NCBI GenBank assembly: GCA_965230295.1
Contig: OZ246001.1
Coordinates: 2,912,001 to 2,976,000 of the forward strand
Source of the DNA: Marinicella sp.
GTDB lineage: Bacteria > Pseudomonadota > Gammaproteobacteria > Xanthomonadales > Marinicellaceae
Length of the DNA: 64,000 nucleotides
Direction of reading: 5' to 3'
Part shown: positions 62,034-64,000 of the stretch, in pieces
How the letters are laid out: the number at the start of each line of letters is the position of its first letter
Numbering within the stretch: position 1 is the stretch's first letter
The notes under the pieces: generated by a model
What the model was told of the DNA's origin: nothing
Seen by the model: the letters and a program-made list of their open reading frames with translations, nothing else
Databases searched by the model: none
Made by a program: the position numbers and the translations under genes

Positions 62034-62492
62034 ATGAAAGAGAAAAATAACTCAGTTTCAATACGATGTCTGTGGTTTTTTGTTTTAATTTTTGGCTTAA
62101 TTGGATGTTCTCAAGTGTATCTTGGGGCTAATCAGTCGATCATTGAAAATTTTGAAATCAATCCAGAGACGGTTCTGTTGGTTGTTCGTATCAAGGATTC
62201 AAGACCAACCGATTATTTTCCATCTGATGTAACAAAAGTCTGTTACGGTGATGACGCTTGTATACCTTGGTCATATTGGTATGTTCACAGTGCTGAAGTT
62301 TTGGAGGTGGTTTATGGTGACTACGCTGGTGAATCAGTCAATTTTGCTATTCTACAACATGCTGATTTCAGTGAAATTGTGAAAGAGGAGTTTTATGTGG
62401 TGTTGAAAGAATTCGCAACTGATGAGGTCAAAAGAAAATTATCAACTGAGTACTTTGTTGAAAACTACAGTTACAACACCACATTTCAATGA
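62034..62492 (+). CDS. Hypothetical lipoprotein inserted between acnD and prpF
   Basis: 152 aa with a 'LIGC' lipobox. Codon usage is more AT-rich than in the flanking genes. Confidence 0.6.
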   Translation: MKEKNNSVSIRCLWFFVLIFGLIGCSQVYLGANQSIIENFEINPETVLLVVRIKDSRPTDYFPSDVTKVCYGDDACIPWSYWYVHSAEVLEVVYGDYAGESVNFAILQHADFSEIVKEEFYVVLKEFATDEVKRKLSTEYFVENYSYNTTFQ

Positions 62493-62524
62493 TTCATTGA
62501 AATGATTTATTAATTGAGAAATTC

Positions 62525-63709
62525 ATGACACACAAACCACAAATTCAAGTCCCTGCCACTTACATGCGGGGTGGTACCTCCAAAGGGGTGTTTTTTAACC
62601 TGACCGATTTACCATCAGCGGCACAAGTGTCTGGAGAGGCCCGTGACCGATTGTTGCTCAGGGTGATTGGCAGTCCGGACCCCTATGGCAAACAAACCGA
62701 TGGCATGGGTGGTGCCACTTCCAGCACCAGCAAGGCGGTGATCCTGTCGAAAAGCGCTGAGCCAGGTCATGATGTGGATTATTTGTTTGGTCAAGTGGCG
62801 ATTGACAAAGCTTTTGTCGACTGGAGTGGTAACTGCGGTAACCTGACCGCGGCCGTTGGTGCTTTCGCCATCAGCAGTGGCCTGGTGGACCCGGCCAAAG
62901 TCCCGGACAATGGCATCGCCGAAATTCAGATTTGGCAGGCCAACATCAATAAAACCATTGTGGCCCATGTGCCGATGACCGATGGACAGGTACAGGAAAC
63001 CGGTGATTTTGAATTAGACGGGGTGACCTTTCCGGCTGCTGAAGTCAAAATCGATTTCATCGATCCGGTCGGTGATGCTGCCATGTTCCCTACGGGTAAT
63101 TTGGTAGACGAGCTGGAAGTCCCAGGCATTGGAACTTTCAAAGCCACCATGATTGCAGCGGGCATCCCAACCATTTTCTTGAATGCCGCCGACATAGGTT
63201 TCAGTGGTAAAGAGCTGCAAGGTGACATCAATGGCGATGAAAAAATTCTGACTATGTTTGAAACCATCCGTGCCCATGGCGCCATAAAAATGGGTCTGAT
63301 CAATACTGTGGCTGAAGCGGCCAGTCGCCAACACACCCCCAAAGTGGCCTTTGTGGCCCCACCTGAAGATTACACTGCATCCAGTGGCAAAGCCATCGCT
63401 ACCAGTGACATCGACTTGAATGTCCGCGCTTTGTCCATGGGTTTGTTGCACCATGCCATGATGGGCACCGCAGCAGTGGCGATTGCCACAGCCGCTGCCA
63501 TACCAGGTACTTTAGTCAACCTGGCAGCTGGTGGCGGTGATCGCGATTCTGTGCGATTTGGTCATCCATCTGGTACTTTGAAAGTGGGGGCATCTGTGAC
63601 ACAAACTGATGGCCAATGGAAAGCCCAAAAAGTCAGCATGAGCCGTTCTGCTCGGGTGTTGATGAAGGGTGAGGTATACGTGCCTGGTGATGTATTGATG
63701 GATGACTGA
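62525..63709 (+). CDS. prpF: 2-methylaconitate cis-trans isomerase PrpF
   Basis: Motifs 'YMRGGTSKG', 'GSPDPYGKQ.DGMGG', 'SGNCGNL', 'HHAMMGT' and 'GHPSG'. Confidence 0.96.
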   Translation: MTHKPQIQVPATYMRGGTSKGVFFNLTDLPSAAQVSGEARDRLLLRVIGSPDPYGKQTDGMGGATSSTSKAVILSKSAEPGHDVDYLFGQVAIDKAFVDWSGNCGNLTAAVGAFAISSGLVDPAKVPDNGIAEIQIWQANINKTIVAHVPMTDGQVQETGDFELDGVTFPAAEVKIDFIDPVGDAAMFPTGNLVDELEVPGIGTFKATMIAAGIPTIFLNAADIGFSGKELQGDINGDEKILTMFETIRAHGAIKMGLINTVAEAASRQHTPKVAFVAPPEDYTASSGKAIATSDIDLNVRALSMGLLHHAMMGTAAVAIATAAAIPGTLVNLAAGGGDRDSVRFGHPSGTLKVGASVTQTDGQWKAQKVSMSRSARVLMKGEVYVPGDVLMDD

Positions 63710-64000
63710 TTTGCGTAAACTCATAGATGCATACAATGCTGGCCTCAAACAGCCCCAACTATGGGGAGGTGTGCCTATTTGCAAACCCAGGGCCAAGAGT
63801 ATACGTAAAATCAATGAATCACTGAGTGTACAGATTCCAGAATCTATGATTGAATTCGTTGCTAAAAGTAAGCGCAATGACTGGTTGGCCAGTTTAGGTG
63901 ATGATTATGATTCACCTTTTCACATCCTGAAAATCAATCGGTATTGTCGCTCTATTCGACGACGGGTCATCAAAGGTAAGGGCCAGTGGGAGTACGTCTT
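63702..64000 (+). CDS. Partial hypothetical protein (possibly SMI1/KNR4-like)
   Basis: The ATG overlaps the prpF 3' end and the frame is open to the window end: MTDLRKLIDAY...IRKINESLSVQIPESMIEFV... Confidence 0.45.
   Translation, partial: MTDLRKLIDAYNAGLKQPQLWGGVPICKPRAKSIRKINESLSVQIPESMIEFVAKSKRNDWLASLGDDYDSPFHILKINRYCRSIRRRVIKGKGQWEYV

Overview
A 64-kb chromosomal window from a gammaproteobacterium, probably a marine one. The gene set and protein style suggest a Marinicella-like organism; this is inference only. Housekeeping blocks are leuS-lptE-holA, pdxH, nhaA, phrB, deoB and a gntR-acnD-prpF methylcitrate cluster. Between them sit five large or medium secreted proteins that all end in a shared short C-terminal motif, [DQ]-x-[IV]-F-x-x-x-[FL]-E (consensus DxIFxDGFE), a candidate sorting or anchoring signal. 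One of the five is a ~3,020-aa repeat adhesin. The intergenic DNA holds three families of non-autonomous palindromic elements. The first is a modular element, TA-bounded in its clearest copies and present three times; its longest copy carries an array of hairpins with conserved structure but variable sequence. The second is a 251-bp TTAA-flanked MITE. The third is a tandem RPE/REP-like cluster with a nested 50-bp insertion. An AT-rich three-gene island encodes an M4 metalloprotease without a signal peptide, a 4-TM protein and a lipoprotein. No rRNA, tRNA, CRISPR array, transposase or integrase was recognised. All calls come from reading the sequence and recognising motifs; no database searches were run.
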